A DNA stretch of 63,180 nt, filler included, from Octopus bimaculoides (taxonomy: Eukaryota): NCBI RefSeq assembly GCF_001194135.2. It is 9 parts of 7 records of this genome, joined end to end, with 100 filler letters (N's around TTAATTAATTAA, not from the genome) between each part and the next. Parts side by side here need not be neighbours in the genome. Positions count along the whole stretch, not along the records: positions 38,853 to 49,986 come from NC_068990.1; positions 50,087 to 53,891 come from NC_068991.1; positions 53,992 to 59,303 come from NC_068990.1; 6 more parts are not named here. One strand, given 5' to 3'. Numbering within the stretch: the stretch's first letter is position 1; each line of letters begins with the position of its first letter. Under the pieces are notes generated by a model. The model had not been told where the DNA came from and made no database searches. It saw only the letters and a list, made by a program, of their open reading frames with translations. This document shows positions 42,927 to 55,800 of this stretch, in pieces. Made by a program: the position numbers and the translations under genes.

Positions 42927-45900
42927 TAAGAAGTCGCACAGTATCCAATAACGTGATGTTGTTGATTGAAGATATTGTGTGTACTGTCTATCAGATCACA
43001 AAGGACTTCAGACATACAATATGCGTACAGTACCAAGTAATGCCGATTTTTACAATACACCTAGATTGTAGGGCATTTCTAAAGTTTCTAAATGTTTTTT
43101 CATGCTGGGTAGTATTGAACCCAATGCTCCGATGACCTTTATGTTTGATTCGCATAGCTTCCACACCTTAGCGATCTCAATTCTCAGGTCTCCATATTTA
43201 TCAATCTTGTCTCTTTCTTTCATGATATATTGATCTCCTGGCACTGTCACGTCGATTATTAGGCACTTTTGTTTGTCCCTCCTAAATGTTACTATATCCA
43301 GCCTTGTCTGTCTGGAAGTCAAAGTCCAAGAGGATTTTTGCCTTCCCCTTTTCGTTCACTACCTTTTCCGGTGTACCAAGCACCCGTTACCTCGTATCCA
43401 TACTTCCGGCATAGTAGCCAGTGAAGGTTTGGGCTGCCTTGTCATGTCTGCGCTTGTACACTTTCTGCGCAAGACTTTCACAAGCACTAACAATGTGAGT
43501 CACGCTTTCGACCCTCTTCCCATACATTCTGCAGGGGTCCATTGCATTGCACTTGTGTGGTATATATCCCTTTTCACTGAGTTGGTATTCAATGGGCAGT
43601 GATGATTAGACTTTCAGTATTCTTGTTTAGGTCACCCTTGCTGAGCCACCTCTATGATGCTTTCTGATCTTTCAAGCTGTTAGTTTCACGGTGGAACTGA
43701 CCATGTAATTCCATGCAGAATAGGGTTTCTTCTCTCTCCTTCGTGATCAGAATTCATGAGCACTCTCAAGTCCATTTTTGGTAAATCCTTCTGCATTAGC
43801 GGCATACTGTAGCAAGTCTTGTTTTCTGTTTACCAAATGTTCTGACATGTTTCTTCTTTCACTGTTGATAGACTCCCGTATGCTAATCAGCTCACGTCCA
43901 CTTTTATCCCTTTTAATGTAGAGCTTGTGTACATTGGCCTTAGGATGGAAGGCACCATACATTGTCATTGTTTTTCGGGTAGTGCGATCGAGTTGGTTAA
44001 TCTCCGCTTGTGTTCATTTCAGGATGAGTACAATATCGCGGACTACAGCAAAAGCCCATATGTTGATGGCAGTCACAAGATTCCTTGAGTTGAGTTTTGA
44101 TTTCAAGAGAAGTTTGAAGCCCTTAAAATATTCAGTGACGACCTTGTCTTTCATTTCTCTGTGCACAATATTATCCAGCTCCAGGATCCCAAGGTACTTG
44201 TACCCATCATCATCCGGGTCTTCCATTGTCTCTCCGTTTGGCAATTTTATGCCCCTTTCAAAGTGAATACCGCATACTTCGAGATACCGAATTCCATCCC
44301 TATATCCTTGTTGCACATCTCCACAGTCTCAACCAGCGTCTCCATTTCAGGATCTGGTTTTGCGAACAGTTTTAAATCATCCATGAAGGTGGTTGAGACC
44401 AGATCCATTCTTTCTCAGCTCATAGTGCGTGCTGATTTGCGTAGGATTAAAGAAAGTAGGATCAAGGCTTTAACAAATAACAAAGGTGAACAAGAGTCTC
44501 CCTGGAAGATACCTCTTTTGATTGTTACTTCGGCTAAGTGCTGGTTGTTACAGAAAAGACATGTTTTCCAACTAGGCATGCTGTTCTTAATCAGCTATTC
44601 CACACATGTCGAGTGTTTCCAAAATTCACGAATGCGGCAACATGTCGTAAGCCTTTTTGAAGTCTATCCAGGCCATGCAAAGTTTTTTGGTACTGTTTAC
44701 AGTTGTTTATTACAACCTCGTCTATCACAAGATTGTCCTTGGTGCCCTTGGATCCTTTTCGGCATCCCTTTTGTTCTACTGGAAGTAGTTTTCCGCAAGG
44801 AACGTATATATTTTTCCTGCGAGGATGCCTGTTAACACTTTCCATGGAAGGTTAAGACAAGCGTTGAGTCGGTAATTGCCAACCTCATTAACCTTTGACC
44901 GATCATTAACAGTGTTGTTTTTTCCCCTACCAGTCACTCCGGAACTGCACCAACCTGTAGGCAATTGTCTAATTGCAACGTAATTCGCTTGTGTATTGAC
45001 CTAAACCACTTGAGCCAGTAGTCTCCTTGAATTCCGTCTGGTCCTGTCGCTTCCAAGTTTGGCAGTTTTGATACCTGTGCAATTACATCTTCTGTTATGC
45101 GCGCATGGTCTTGTCGTGGAGCCTCCGGGTGATGGAGTTCGGATCTCACGGAATGAATCCACTCAACACCGTGGTTGTGGGTAACTTCTTGCCCCCAAAT
45201 GTTATTCAAAAATTGGCGGGTTTTCTCTGCTTCAGGGGGTATATTATTTTCCGTATCTCCTCTTAAAAAACTGCCTCTGGTTATTTGAGAATAACCGCAT
45301 TTGTTGGAACTGCGATATGCGATCCGTGTAGTGTTGCACCTTTAATATTTTTGCTCGCACACGTTATTTTAAGGTTTCAAAAACAGTTTTGAACCCTTTC
45401 TTTTCTATTTGGTATTTTGCGTCAAAATATGCCCTTACACCTTTCTTAGCATTTTCCATTGCCCTTTAGACTATTCTTCGATACGACTCAGATCTTTACA
45501 CAAAGTTTTGATATCGCCTTCGGTTCTCCGCTTCCACCATGGCTCCTTCGGTCCATCTGCTTTTTTCTCTTTCCAACCAGTTCACCTGCTAAAATTGAAG
45601 CGGATCTTATCAAGTTCCTTGTTTCCGTTAGATCTTTTATCAGAATGTATTTCAGAATCTCATCAATTTTCTAGGTCACGCGTTACACATTATTACAGTC
45701 GAAGCTTCTCAAATTCACCGGCTTGATCTCTGTAACTTTTATATCCTCGAGTCTTATCCTGAAATTTCTCTGTTCCTCAGTCATATCTTCTCTTAATACA
45801 TGGTTTTGTACATTATATTTATTGACCTGTCTCTCCTCTACTACAGCTTCACCTTGCCTACGCACTCACTAATCTTCACCTCGAGGTTATCACCACTACG

Positions 45901-46750
45901 GAGGCTTTTCCTGTTTGTCTGAATTTGTGCCTCATTAAGAAAGCCGAATTATTCTTATCTGATTCATGAGCCCATTTTCAGTAATCTGGAACATACTGAG
46001 CTGTTCCTAAGTTCTAATGATCTTTTTCCGACAGCTTTACATTTGCCATTGTCCTCATCTAGCAATGCTTGTTCATGACACTGGATCATCTTTTGGTTCA
46101 TATCATCAGACCTCTTACGTTTGCGAGTACGTTACATATTTTAACCAGTAAAAGGACTGGGTGAAGTCTGGTCTTCCACTCCATTGCTCTCAGGGGGGGG
46201 GGCCCTACCGGGTGCGGGAAATCTGGTGTCTTGGAGTCTTCCCGCTCATGCCGTTCTTTGGGTTTGAAATTGTTGTCATCATTACAAAGAATGAGAATTA
46301 TTTTTTACAGGGTTTGCTCCGCTGGTGTGCAGGGCAGGGCTGGCTCCAATTACCTGCACTGTTCACATGGACAGCCGCATACAGAATTACACTATCTGAT
46401 TTTTTTCCTTCCTCTGCGATGTTATGTGTGATCTGAAAGAGATGTAACTACTCTTTCTATATTGCCGAATGGCATCTCAGAGAGTCCATTGCTCACTTGT
46501 AATCTTCGGTAGACAGGCTCAGTGTATGAAAATCAGAATCGTTGCTTTTGTCCTTACTTCTGTAGCTACGGTAAGTATTTTTATCGTTGTTGTTTTTGTC
46601 ACTAACTAGGCTAAGTTCTCTAACCACAGGATCCGAGATGGATGGGTTTGTTGGCAGATTGTAGTTGCTTCCTGTGTTGTTGATGTTGTTGTTGTCTTTG
46701 TCTGGGCAGCCTTCTATCGCTGTAGTCAATTACTGCCTTTATTGTTGAAT
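42855..46750 (-). mobile_element. R4/Dong-like RLE retrotransposon copy B (near full length, decayed)
   Basis: Frameshifted remnants in order: N-terminal domain (~46130), GPDGIQG, EQKGCRKGSKGTKDNL, AWID.KKAYD, MDDLKLFAK (~44380), YKYLG, CRMYG..ESVTHIVSAC, RLDIV..IIDVTVP..K.DKY (RLE), then a short 3' UTR and a (TAA)n tail at 42855-42926. The 5' boundary is approximate. Confidence 0.85.
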
Positions 46751-46754
46751 CTGT

Positions 46755-46821
<67 letters not shown>

Positions 46822-46914
46822 CGATCAGGAAACAAAAAAAGTTTACTACTACTAGAGGCCTTGGTCTTGGAAAGGACGAACTCACCTTGTTCTGTTTTAA
46901 TTACTGATAGAAAA

Positions 46915-49880
46915 AATAATATATTATCATTATTATTATCATTATTTACATTAGCATCTTCTTTCAATTCTGTTTCCATTTCTTGTCGAGTATGTTCCTG
47001 ACACCTAGGGCAGAGAAACGTACTGGATACATTGGTAGGCCATTAAAACCAACACACCAGATTGTTCATTTATAGAGTCACGTGATAGAGAAAAAGAGGA
47101 AGATTGATGTGAAAAGGAAAAAAAGAAACAATAGAAAAGTAAACAAATAAAATAAAGGGGGGAAAGGAAAGTCAATTCGCAGCGACAATTCTCTTCTCAA
47201 TGCGTGTGACGTGCCAGTTAAGACAATCTTTTACACTTCCTGCATGGATGGTAAGCCAGGGATCATTCTTAAGTAATTTTCAGTTCCTTTTTTGATCGTT
47301 CCAAGTGCTCCTACTATCACTGGTATTGTAACCGTCTTGAGATGCCACATTTTTTCGATTTCGATTAGCAAATCTTTATATTTTCTGAGCTTATCAAATC
47401 CTTTTGCAGAGATATTATGGTCACAGGGTATGCTCATGTCAATTAATAAACAGACTTTATTGCTGTTGCCTTCCACGACAATATCAGGTTTATTTGCCTT
47501 GATAGTCCGGTCTGTACATACTGGGAAGTCCCAAAGATTAGTTACATTTTCTCCCTCAGTTACAGCCTCAGGGTGGTACATGTACCATTTGTCAGCAGTT
47601 TTGATTTTATAATGCCGACACATTATCCAAACCTTACATCCAGAGATTAAGTGGTTGACTGTATCGATCCCATCGGCACTTTGGGTCTACACCATTTTTC
47701 ATCACATTGACTTGATAGTTCCGGGTCAATAAGCTCCGACCTTGGGCAGCCAAGATAAAGCCTTCAACCTCTGCCTTTAGCCCAGAGCTCTGTAACCACT
47801 GATTAGCGTGCTTCTGGTCTACATCAGCTCGTTTGCTACAGACCACATATTCGCCATGCAGTGATTTTTGTTCCTGCATATCAGCCAATTATTGAAGCGC
47901 ATTTTGCTTTGCTATTGATTTCACCTTCTTTACAACTACAGTTGCTACACTTCCCTCAACCTGCATAAACTCACTTGAAAAAATGTTGCTCTCCTTCAGA
48001 ACAGAATGAAGCTTCTTACGTCTTTCATGGTTTTAAACGAGCTTTAGCATCCAGTCTTTAGATGTTTTAAGATATTCTGCCAGTCCAATTATGGTGGTTT
48101 TGTAGTAGATTTCAAATTGGACCAAGCCTCGACCTCCTTGAGCTCTGGGTAGGTAAAGACGATCTGCGTCTGCCTTTGGGCGGAGCATCCTATTGCAAGT
48201 CAGCAGCTTACGGATTTTCCTGTCAATCTTCCTTATTTATCTCATATTCCAGTTCAACACATTGAAACAACACCCGGAACTGAAATAGAACATTGAAATA
48301 ACAACCAGAACTGCTAAGAAATTTATAGCTAACACCTAGTTACGTGCATTTAACTCGGATTTTAGGACTGCCCGAACTCTCCTATGACACTCCTTCCTGA
48401 TCTTCTTTCATACTTGCATGTTGAATGCCAGAGCCCTTATTTATTCCAATGTATTTGTAAGTTTGCTCTTGCTCGGGTTCTTTTATGTCAACATCCAATA
48501 CCACTGAATGTGAGGTCTTCAGTTTCCCTTTCTAGAAAGTGGCCTTGGCACATTTATCAAGACCAAATTCTATCTTGATGTCATCACTGAATGCTTTCAC
48601 AGTACGTAGTAGTCCTTCAAGCTCATTATCGTCTTTGCCATTGAGTTTTAAGTCATCCATATGAAATAGGTGACATGCATAATGGCGTGTCTTACAACTA
48701 CAAGATTATTCAGGATTTTCTGCTTCAGTTCTATCATAGACTCTCTATGTTCTTCAGTAAATGTGTAGTCTTCAAATATTGTTTCTTTACCACTTTCCTC
48801 GCTATCTTTATCAGGTTCATTACAATTTATTTCTCCAGACGGTTGCGTGTTCTGGTCAGATGGCAGTCTTTCAATTGAGACTCGTGGAGAGTTGCTCTCT
48901 TCGTCTGGTTCTTCATTTTCTTGTCTTATATTTAGGTCATTTTCCGCTGCATGCTTGCTCGCAGTTATTTCACTATCTGTGAGTCTTTTATTTCTAGATA
49001 TCCCTCCCAACATTTGCTAACTTGTCTTCGTCCTAATATAGTCTACCGTCTTGATTTCGTATTCTCCATAAGAGTGTGCGGTGGGTTTCTCTTCAGATGG
49101 CCTGCCTAATGCATAGTAATAGGCGTATATTACTTCTGTATACTCTTCTCGGGTCCATTTGAACCTCTTACATTTTTCTTTCTGTGGTGGGTGTGGTGGT
49201 GGACTTGGAGGGCTCGAGTTGGGGAAGTTCCCGTTCAAGTGACCATCCAGGTTCGTATTCAGAGAAGAGTTTGTGCCAGTGGATGACTTTTCGACCCCAG
49301 GCTGTCTCTCTCCTGGGGGACGCGCTTCCAGATTAACCATAGGACAAGCGATTTGGCGTACTGTTGTAGTTTTCCTTTTTGTTTCGAAAGACATATTTGT
49401 GCTACATTAAAATTATTAGTATTGAGCCCTGCATTGTGGCAGATGTAGAGACGGTTGTTGTCTCTGCTATTATTGTCGACTCCGCCATTAATACCGTTAC
49501 AGTTACTTTAACCTTGCTATTACAGCATTGCTCATCGTTAGTTACCACCAATAGTACCTTGATCTGTATAGTTGTGATTAATCTTTGTAACCATGGTGAC
49601 AGTATTTATTTATTTAAATCTGCCACTTTAGCTACTACTACTGTGTGTATTTTTAATGTTGTTTAGTTTCAACTTTTGTCTTGTACTCAGGATAATTATA
49701 TATATGTAAGGGAATAGTGGGAGGAAGAGAAGCAGCTTGGTGAATAGACCAAATTTCACAGGTCTGTAAATAGGTTCGGCAGATGGTAAGGAGATCAGCA
49801 AAGGGCCTTCGCATTCCTGTTCGATAAGGAGACAAAAGAAGCCTCATACCCTTGGGGTCAGCGGAGGTTAAATGTGCTTG
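46915..49880 (-). mobile_element. R4/Dong-like RLE retrotransposon copy C (internally deleted)
   Basis: KRFKWTREEYTEVIYAYY N-terminus, HLFHMDDLK...EFGLDKCAK, EGFILAAQ, TVNHLISGC, KPDIVV..CLLIDMSIP..DKLRKYKDL (PD-(D/E)xK RLE), then a 3' UTR ending in degenerate TAA repeats at ~46917-46950. Boundaries are approximate. Confidence 0.85.
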
Positions 49881-50869
49881 CTACTACTAATGATCAATGA
49901 GAGCGATGGCATTAGCCTTGAAAAGAACCAATTCACCTTGTTCCATTTTTAATTAGACACTGACAGAAAAAATTATGTGTGTGTGTNNNNNNNNNNNNNN
50001 NNNNNNNNNNNNNNNNNNNNNNNNNNNNNNTTAATTAATTAANNNNNNNNNNNNNNNNNNNNNNNNNNNNNNNNNNNNNNNNNNNNGCCCTTAAGCTAGT
50101 ATATTGCTTTTAAGCAACTGACCCCGAATGGGAAGATCTGCAAACAGATCTTTGACTTGTTAGAATTTGTTGCAATTGCTTCCTCCAGAGTCATATCCCA
50201 ATGTTGATCATATGCGTCGCTAAAAATCATGTGTAAAATAATTCGCCGAAAACAATCGCACTTATGAAAAATTTGCGAATCCAAAATTTTAGGTTTGCAT
50301 TTCTGGATTCTGCCCGGAATGTTTGTAATTTACTCACGGATTCAGTCTGATTCCAAAATGGCATGATATGTTGCTCTACGATCTCTAGGAGTAAAGTCGA
50401 AAAAGTGTGACACACTGACACACTGACTTTCACATTTATTATATTATATTATATTAAGCCGGCGAGCTGGCAGAATCGTTAGTACGAACGATGAAATGCT
50501 TAGTGGCATTTCGTCTACCATTAGATTTTGAGTTAGAATTCCGCCCAGTTCGACTTAGCCTTTCATCCTTTTGTGGTCGAAAACATTAGTACCAGTTACG
50601 TACTGGAGGCGATGTAATAGACTTAATCTCTACCGCCAAAATCTGAGGTCTTGTGCTTCCAGTAGAAAGGGCTTATTAAAGTTGAAAAAGTGTGACAGAC
50701 TGACAAACAGAAATTAGTTTTTGCATTGTTTATACTTTATGATATATATATATAATGATAATAATAATAATAATTAATTCTGGTCTTATTGGCCACAAGG
50801 GCTAATATAAATTTTTAAAATGTAAGGACAAAGACAGGACGAAGGTTACAAAGGGTTTTGTCCGAAAAG

Positions 50870-51700
50870 AAAGCGTTCGGAAACCTTGGTATGCCTCCAC
50901 TGAATAGTCATAATTCATTTCGGGCATCACTCGGACAGTAGTGGCCTGAATTAAGACTATGGTGTTGTGACGATGCCGATTTGTCTACATTTCAACAATG
51001 TTGCAAGTATGGAGGCCACGTGTTTGATGTTATATGATCCTAAATATTGTCTGACATTCCACTCTTATGAGTCTTGTTGAAACGCGTGTGGTTTTCTTTC
51101 GCATTCGCCAGCCATACAGAGCTCCACATTTGTCTTTTTGAGTAGATGTGAGTTGGTATGACATGACATTCCTTTCTGACCACTCCTAAACCCTTCACAG
51201 TTCTTGGAAACTTAGTGTGCATCATTCTGGGAACGTAAGAAGGATCATCACATAAGCAGCCAGCCGTCGTTTTTCCTCTTAGAGAGTAGATCTTGGCCGG
51301 TGTTTTCTTCGTCAGAAAAGAACCAATGAACGTCATAATCTAGAAGGTTTTTAACATTGTTCAGTAACCACTTGGCATACAGCCAACGGTGTTCCTGTGC
51401 GTTTCCAGACATGAATTGGCCTCTCCTTGATATATATGACTCGTATCAAACATTCTCGTATAACACAGTTCTGAGAGTCATCTCCGACTGCTGAAATTTT
51501 TCGGCGATGGTTCTCATTAATTTTTCGAGTTCATCATAAATTATTAGACGAAATTCAAAATGCTTTGTTTTTTTCTCTTTCTTAAAGCGGAAATATTCCT
51601 GTCAGAAGCTTTCAATTCTATCCAAACTTCCTGCACAAAATATTTTGCATATTTAGAAGGCTGACAATTTTTAAATCGCTGGGTTCCTCACCTATGGCGA
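50870..51700 (-). mobile_element. Decayed IS630-Tc1-mariner transposase (maT/DD37D-like)
   Basis: Remnant motifs GQFMS, WFFSDEEN, NDGWL, MMHTKFP.TV.GLGVV, DHIT.NTWPP, TNRHRHNT. Many stops and deletions. The subfamily call is tentative. Confidence 0.8.
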
Positions 51701-51928
51701 CAATGACGGCATGGCTTTTTAGTTTTTGTTTTAGCAAATTATCTGTTATGTGGGTTCTGGAAGAAATAAAAAAAAGATCTGAATTGAATTGAAGAGAGTA
51801 ATGCACAAATAATTAAATGTCCTCAGATACACCTCACACACTGTATACATGTATGCATATGTTATACATTTATAAGGATGTATGCATATATGTGTATATA
51901 TGAATGTATACATGCATACTTATATACT

Positions 51929-51960
<32 letters not shown>

Positions 51961-52649
51961 NNNNNNNNNNNNNNNNNNNNNNNNNNNNNNNNNNNNNNNN
52001 NNNNNNNNNNNNNNNNNNNNNNNNNNNNNNNNNNNNNNNNNNNNNNNNNNNNNNNNNNNNNNNNNNNNNNNNNNNNNNNNNNNNNNNNNNNNNNNNNNNN
52101 NNNNNNNNNNNNNNNNNNNNNNNNNNNNNNNNNNNNNNNNNNNNNNNNNNNNNNNNNNNNNNNNNNNNNNNNNNNNNNNNNNNNNNNNNNNNNNNNNNNN
52201 NNNNNNNNNNNNNNNNNNNNNNNNNNNNNNNNNNNNNNNNNNNNNNNNNNNNNNNNNNNNNNNNNNNNNNNNNNNNNNNNNNNNNNNNNNNNNNNNNNNN
52301 NNNNNNNNNNNNNNNNNNNNATATATATATATATATATATATACATATACATGATGGTAATACCAACATAGCGGCTACGTTTTCTCTTTATCATGTGTGA
52401 ATACGGTTGTCGCTGAAATAGAGACTTGAAATATTTCGTCCGGAATGCAACAATGTTAAAAGCAAAACGAATTCAAGTCGTGTGACTGAAAACACAGAAG
52501 GCAAAATCATGAAACTGGGGTAAAGAGTTAAAGAAAACTCTCTAAGACCTGTAGAAGAACTCGGAAAGTTGGGTCTCCAACCAAGACTTTCATGATACCC
52601 TTAAAATCAGGAACTTATCAACATCCCCTCGTAAATGTAGGATATAAAC

Positions 52650-52835
52650 CAGTGCTCCGCAGCCTTTTTTGACTTGCGGTACACTTATAGTCTTTTGAAA
52701 GTTCGGCAGCATAGCTGACCCAAAAATATAACTAAAACAATAGGGAAAAAAATTATATTCAGGTTGTACTGCGGCACACCTAGCATCGTCTCACGACACA
52801 CCAGTGTGCTGCGGCATACCGGTTGCGCAGCACTG
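52650..52835. mobile_element. hAT-type MITE, 186 bp
   Basis: 15-bp TIR CAGTGCT(C/G)CGCA(G/A)CC and a perfect 8-bp TSD ATATAAAC at 52642-52649 and 52836-52843. Confidence 0.88.
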
Positions 52836-55800
52836 ATATAAACCATAAAGAGTATGGTATTGGTGAATTCTGGTTACATAAGCAACTGACACATCGGTGC
52901 TTACTAATTGACATAACTACCAACAAGTAACTACAAACTGGAAGCAAATCTTACAAGAAAGCAAAAATCTAGTTTCCCGTACTTGCCTTGAAATGACAAA
53001 GAAATTCAAAATTTCAGTGAAGTTTAGGGTTTAGTATCAACAATTATTGACTAAAAATTAGCTAACATGAACTTAGCATTTATTTTTTATTTCTTTGTAA
53101 TATATGTTGTTTCTGATTGACAGAAAATCAACAATTTTAGACACCGGGGTAAAAAATGAGGTTTTGAAAATATTTTAGGTTATACTTTACAGAAAGATTC
53201 TTCGGTCTGAACACATCCAGATAAAGTGGAACAAGGAACTGAGATTTCCTTTAACTCAGCCTAAAGGAATACATAAACTGAATCAAGCTTTCTGGACATA
53301 ATTGCATATAACTGCCACAAAACTTTACTGGATAGCATTAGATCACATAGTGTCACCCAATATATCATTGTCTACGATAATCAGAAGCATTCAGTTGATA
53401 CTTGATTTCATATCAGCAATTGCAGACTGACGGCAGATGTAAAGCTTTTTTTTTTCATTCTTTAGTATCGTACGATGCATCAAACGATCTTGTCTAGACA
53501 AGAATAACTAACATTAACATTGTACACAATAAAGAGATAGTGACATTGTTGTGTAGTTGGTAAGTGTTGCTTAATTTAGGGTAAAAGTTTCCATAATAAT
53601 TTGTGTTGAGTGCCGTATTATTTTATTCGTCCTCAGACGTATATCAAAATGCACGTTTGTGTGTGCGTGTGACTATGTGTGTATGTATGGATGCATGAAA
53701 GTATATATATATATATATATGTATGAATGTATACGCACGCACACACATACAACATATATAAATGTATATGTGAACGTATATAAATGTATGTATATATATG
53801 TATGTTTCTATATATACACATCTTTGCATATACTTCTTTCGTACACAAATACACACGCACATATATATAGACATATATATATATATATATANNNNNNNNN
53901 NNNNNNNNNNNNNNNNNNNNNNNNNNNNNNNNNNNTTAATTAATTAANNNNNNNNNNNNNNNNNNNNNNNNNNNNNNNNNNNNNNNNNNNNCCTCATGAC
54001 CCTAATAAGTTTAGAAATATGTAACTTTTATTGTGGTACTTAGCATAATCCCCTAAAATAAGAATACAAAAATATAGTAGATTACGAAATATAGATTACA
54101 ACGAATACAGATTAACAAAACTTAAATTGTCATAGATAATATCATCATCACCATCATAGTCATCATCATCACCATCAATTAGTATCATTGTCTTCATCAG
54201 CCCTAGATATTATTTTCTAGAATCCTAGAATATTTTGCAGGGAGAAATGTTTCTGAATTTCGAGCAAAGACCCTCTGTAATGACGGAACCGTGTTCCTCT
54301 CAATTTAAACAATAATGACTTGGCTTCATGCTTATCTTTATTCAAACGTTCGCGACATAAATTTTATAACAGCCTTTACATCATAGTATAAGTAAATGTT
54401 TTCTTGTGATTTGTTTCTATTCAAAGTTCTAGCAGAATTTATTTCGACAAATGAAAACAAATGGCACTCTAAGATTGCTCATACTCATTGTCAATAATTT
54501 ATGCAGTTAAGTTGAAAATAATTTCCTGGCTTTATTATCAAAAATCAATGTGCTCATTTCTCAAATAAAGTCGCCAGTTTATATATATGTAGTAAGTATT
54601 ATTGCTTCATTAAATGTAAAACCACACGACTTTTATAAAAGAAGAAAAAGAAAAAAAAACTTTTCAGTAGAGAAACCTAATTATTTTTCATTTTAAAAAT
54701 TAATTTTCTGTGTTTGTGACATTAAAAACTAAGACAAGCCGCCAGTGTTTCATGACAATGGATAATAAATTAAACGGTATAGAAGTAATGATGTATTGTA
54801 GCAAATGAAAAAGAATATTTTAACATCTACGAATGTATTTATAGCAGATTACCAACAAATTTCACATACTTCACGTACGATACTCTTTTATGCCTACTTC
54901 TTTCAATTACTTTGAGTAGGAATTATATGAACACAGAATAACAGCAAATTTATATATTGTTAATGCTTGTCGTAATCGTGTAGGCCTATGACCAGATGTA
55001 TTCGAACCGTAACCAACGAAACATAGACTATCAAGATATTACATTTGGGAAATGATTGAATCGAGGATTGTCTGTGCAAGCAGCCAGGTTCTGTGCGACC
55101 AAGAGAAAAAATTACGTTCAGACCGGAGATCTGTGCCGGAAGCTTACAGCCACATTAATGTGTGATGGTATTTTCAAATTAATTTTTTAGAATGTTGCTA
55201 GGGAATAGTAACTATTCATTGCAAAGTTCTCCACATCATTTCCTTCAATCGAATTAAACTGAAAGTTGGTGGTGCTGCCCAGGCCACCGAACAGGACACT
55301 AGTAAAATGTTAGATACAATATGTTAGAAAAGATACCATACAGCAGCGAAGTACACAGCTATGCTTTCGCTATTTATATAAATATTCCACCTTGCTTTTA
55401 AGAATTAAAATACGATTGCAATGAGATTGGTCTGCCATCTGAAAATACGAAGAGATATTGTTATTGAAATACATAGTATAGAAAACCCTGTTGAGGCTTT
55501 CTATACCATGTAATCAAGAGGTATTAACATCTATAATATATAATTATCTAACTCTATAACTTTTCGCTCTGGAATAACAGTAGCTGATATAACTTTTGTT
55601 TTATCTTGTTTATATCAATGACTTATAATGGAATTTTATAGTACAAAATTGCCTGATTTTTTCTCGTTTGTATACTTCCACCACAGAAGAGAGTAAGCGC
55701 TTCGGTTTCTGTACCACGATATTATTTATCCAACAAGATTTTCTGTTATTATTATTATTATTTAATTTGCAGTATCCTTTCTTAAACATTGGGCATAATT

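Noticed and set aside
49780-49880. HDV-like ribozyme at the 5' end of R4 copy C (AAGGGT...GCGAAGGCCCTT)
   Set aside because: A P2-like pairing and a GCGAA motif exist, but I could not build P1, P3 or L3. An Infernal/RNArobo search would settle it.
50087-50433. Two overlapping minus-strand ORFs (..DAYDQHWDMTLEEAI..)
   Set aside because: No recognisable domain or splice context. The sequence is cut by a spacer.
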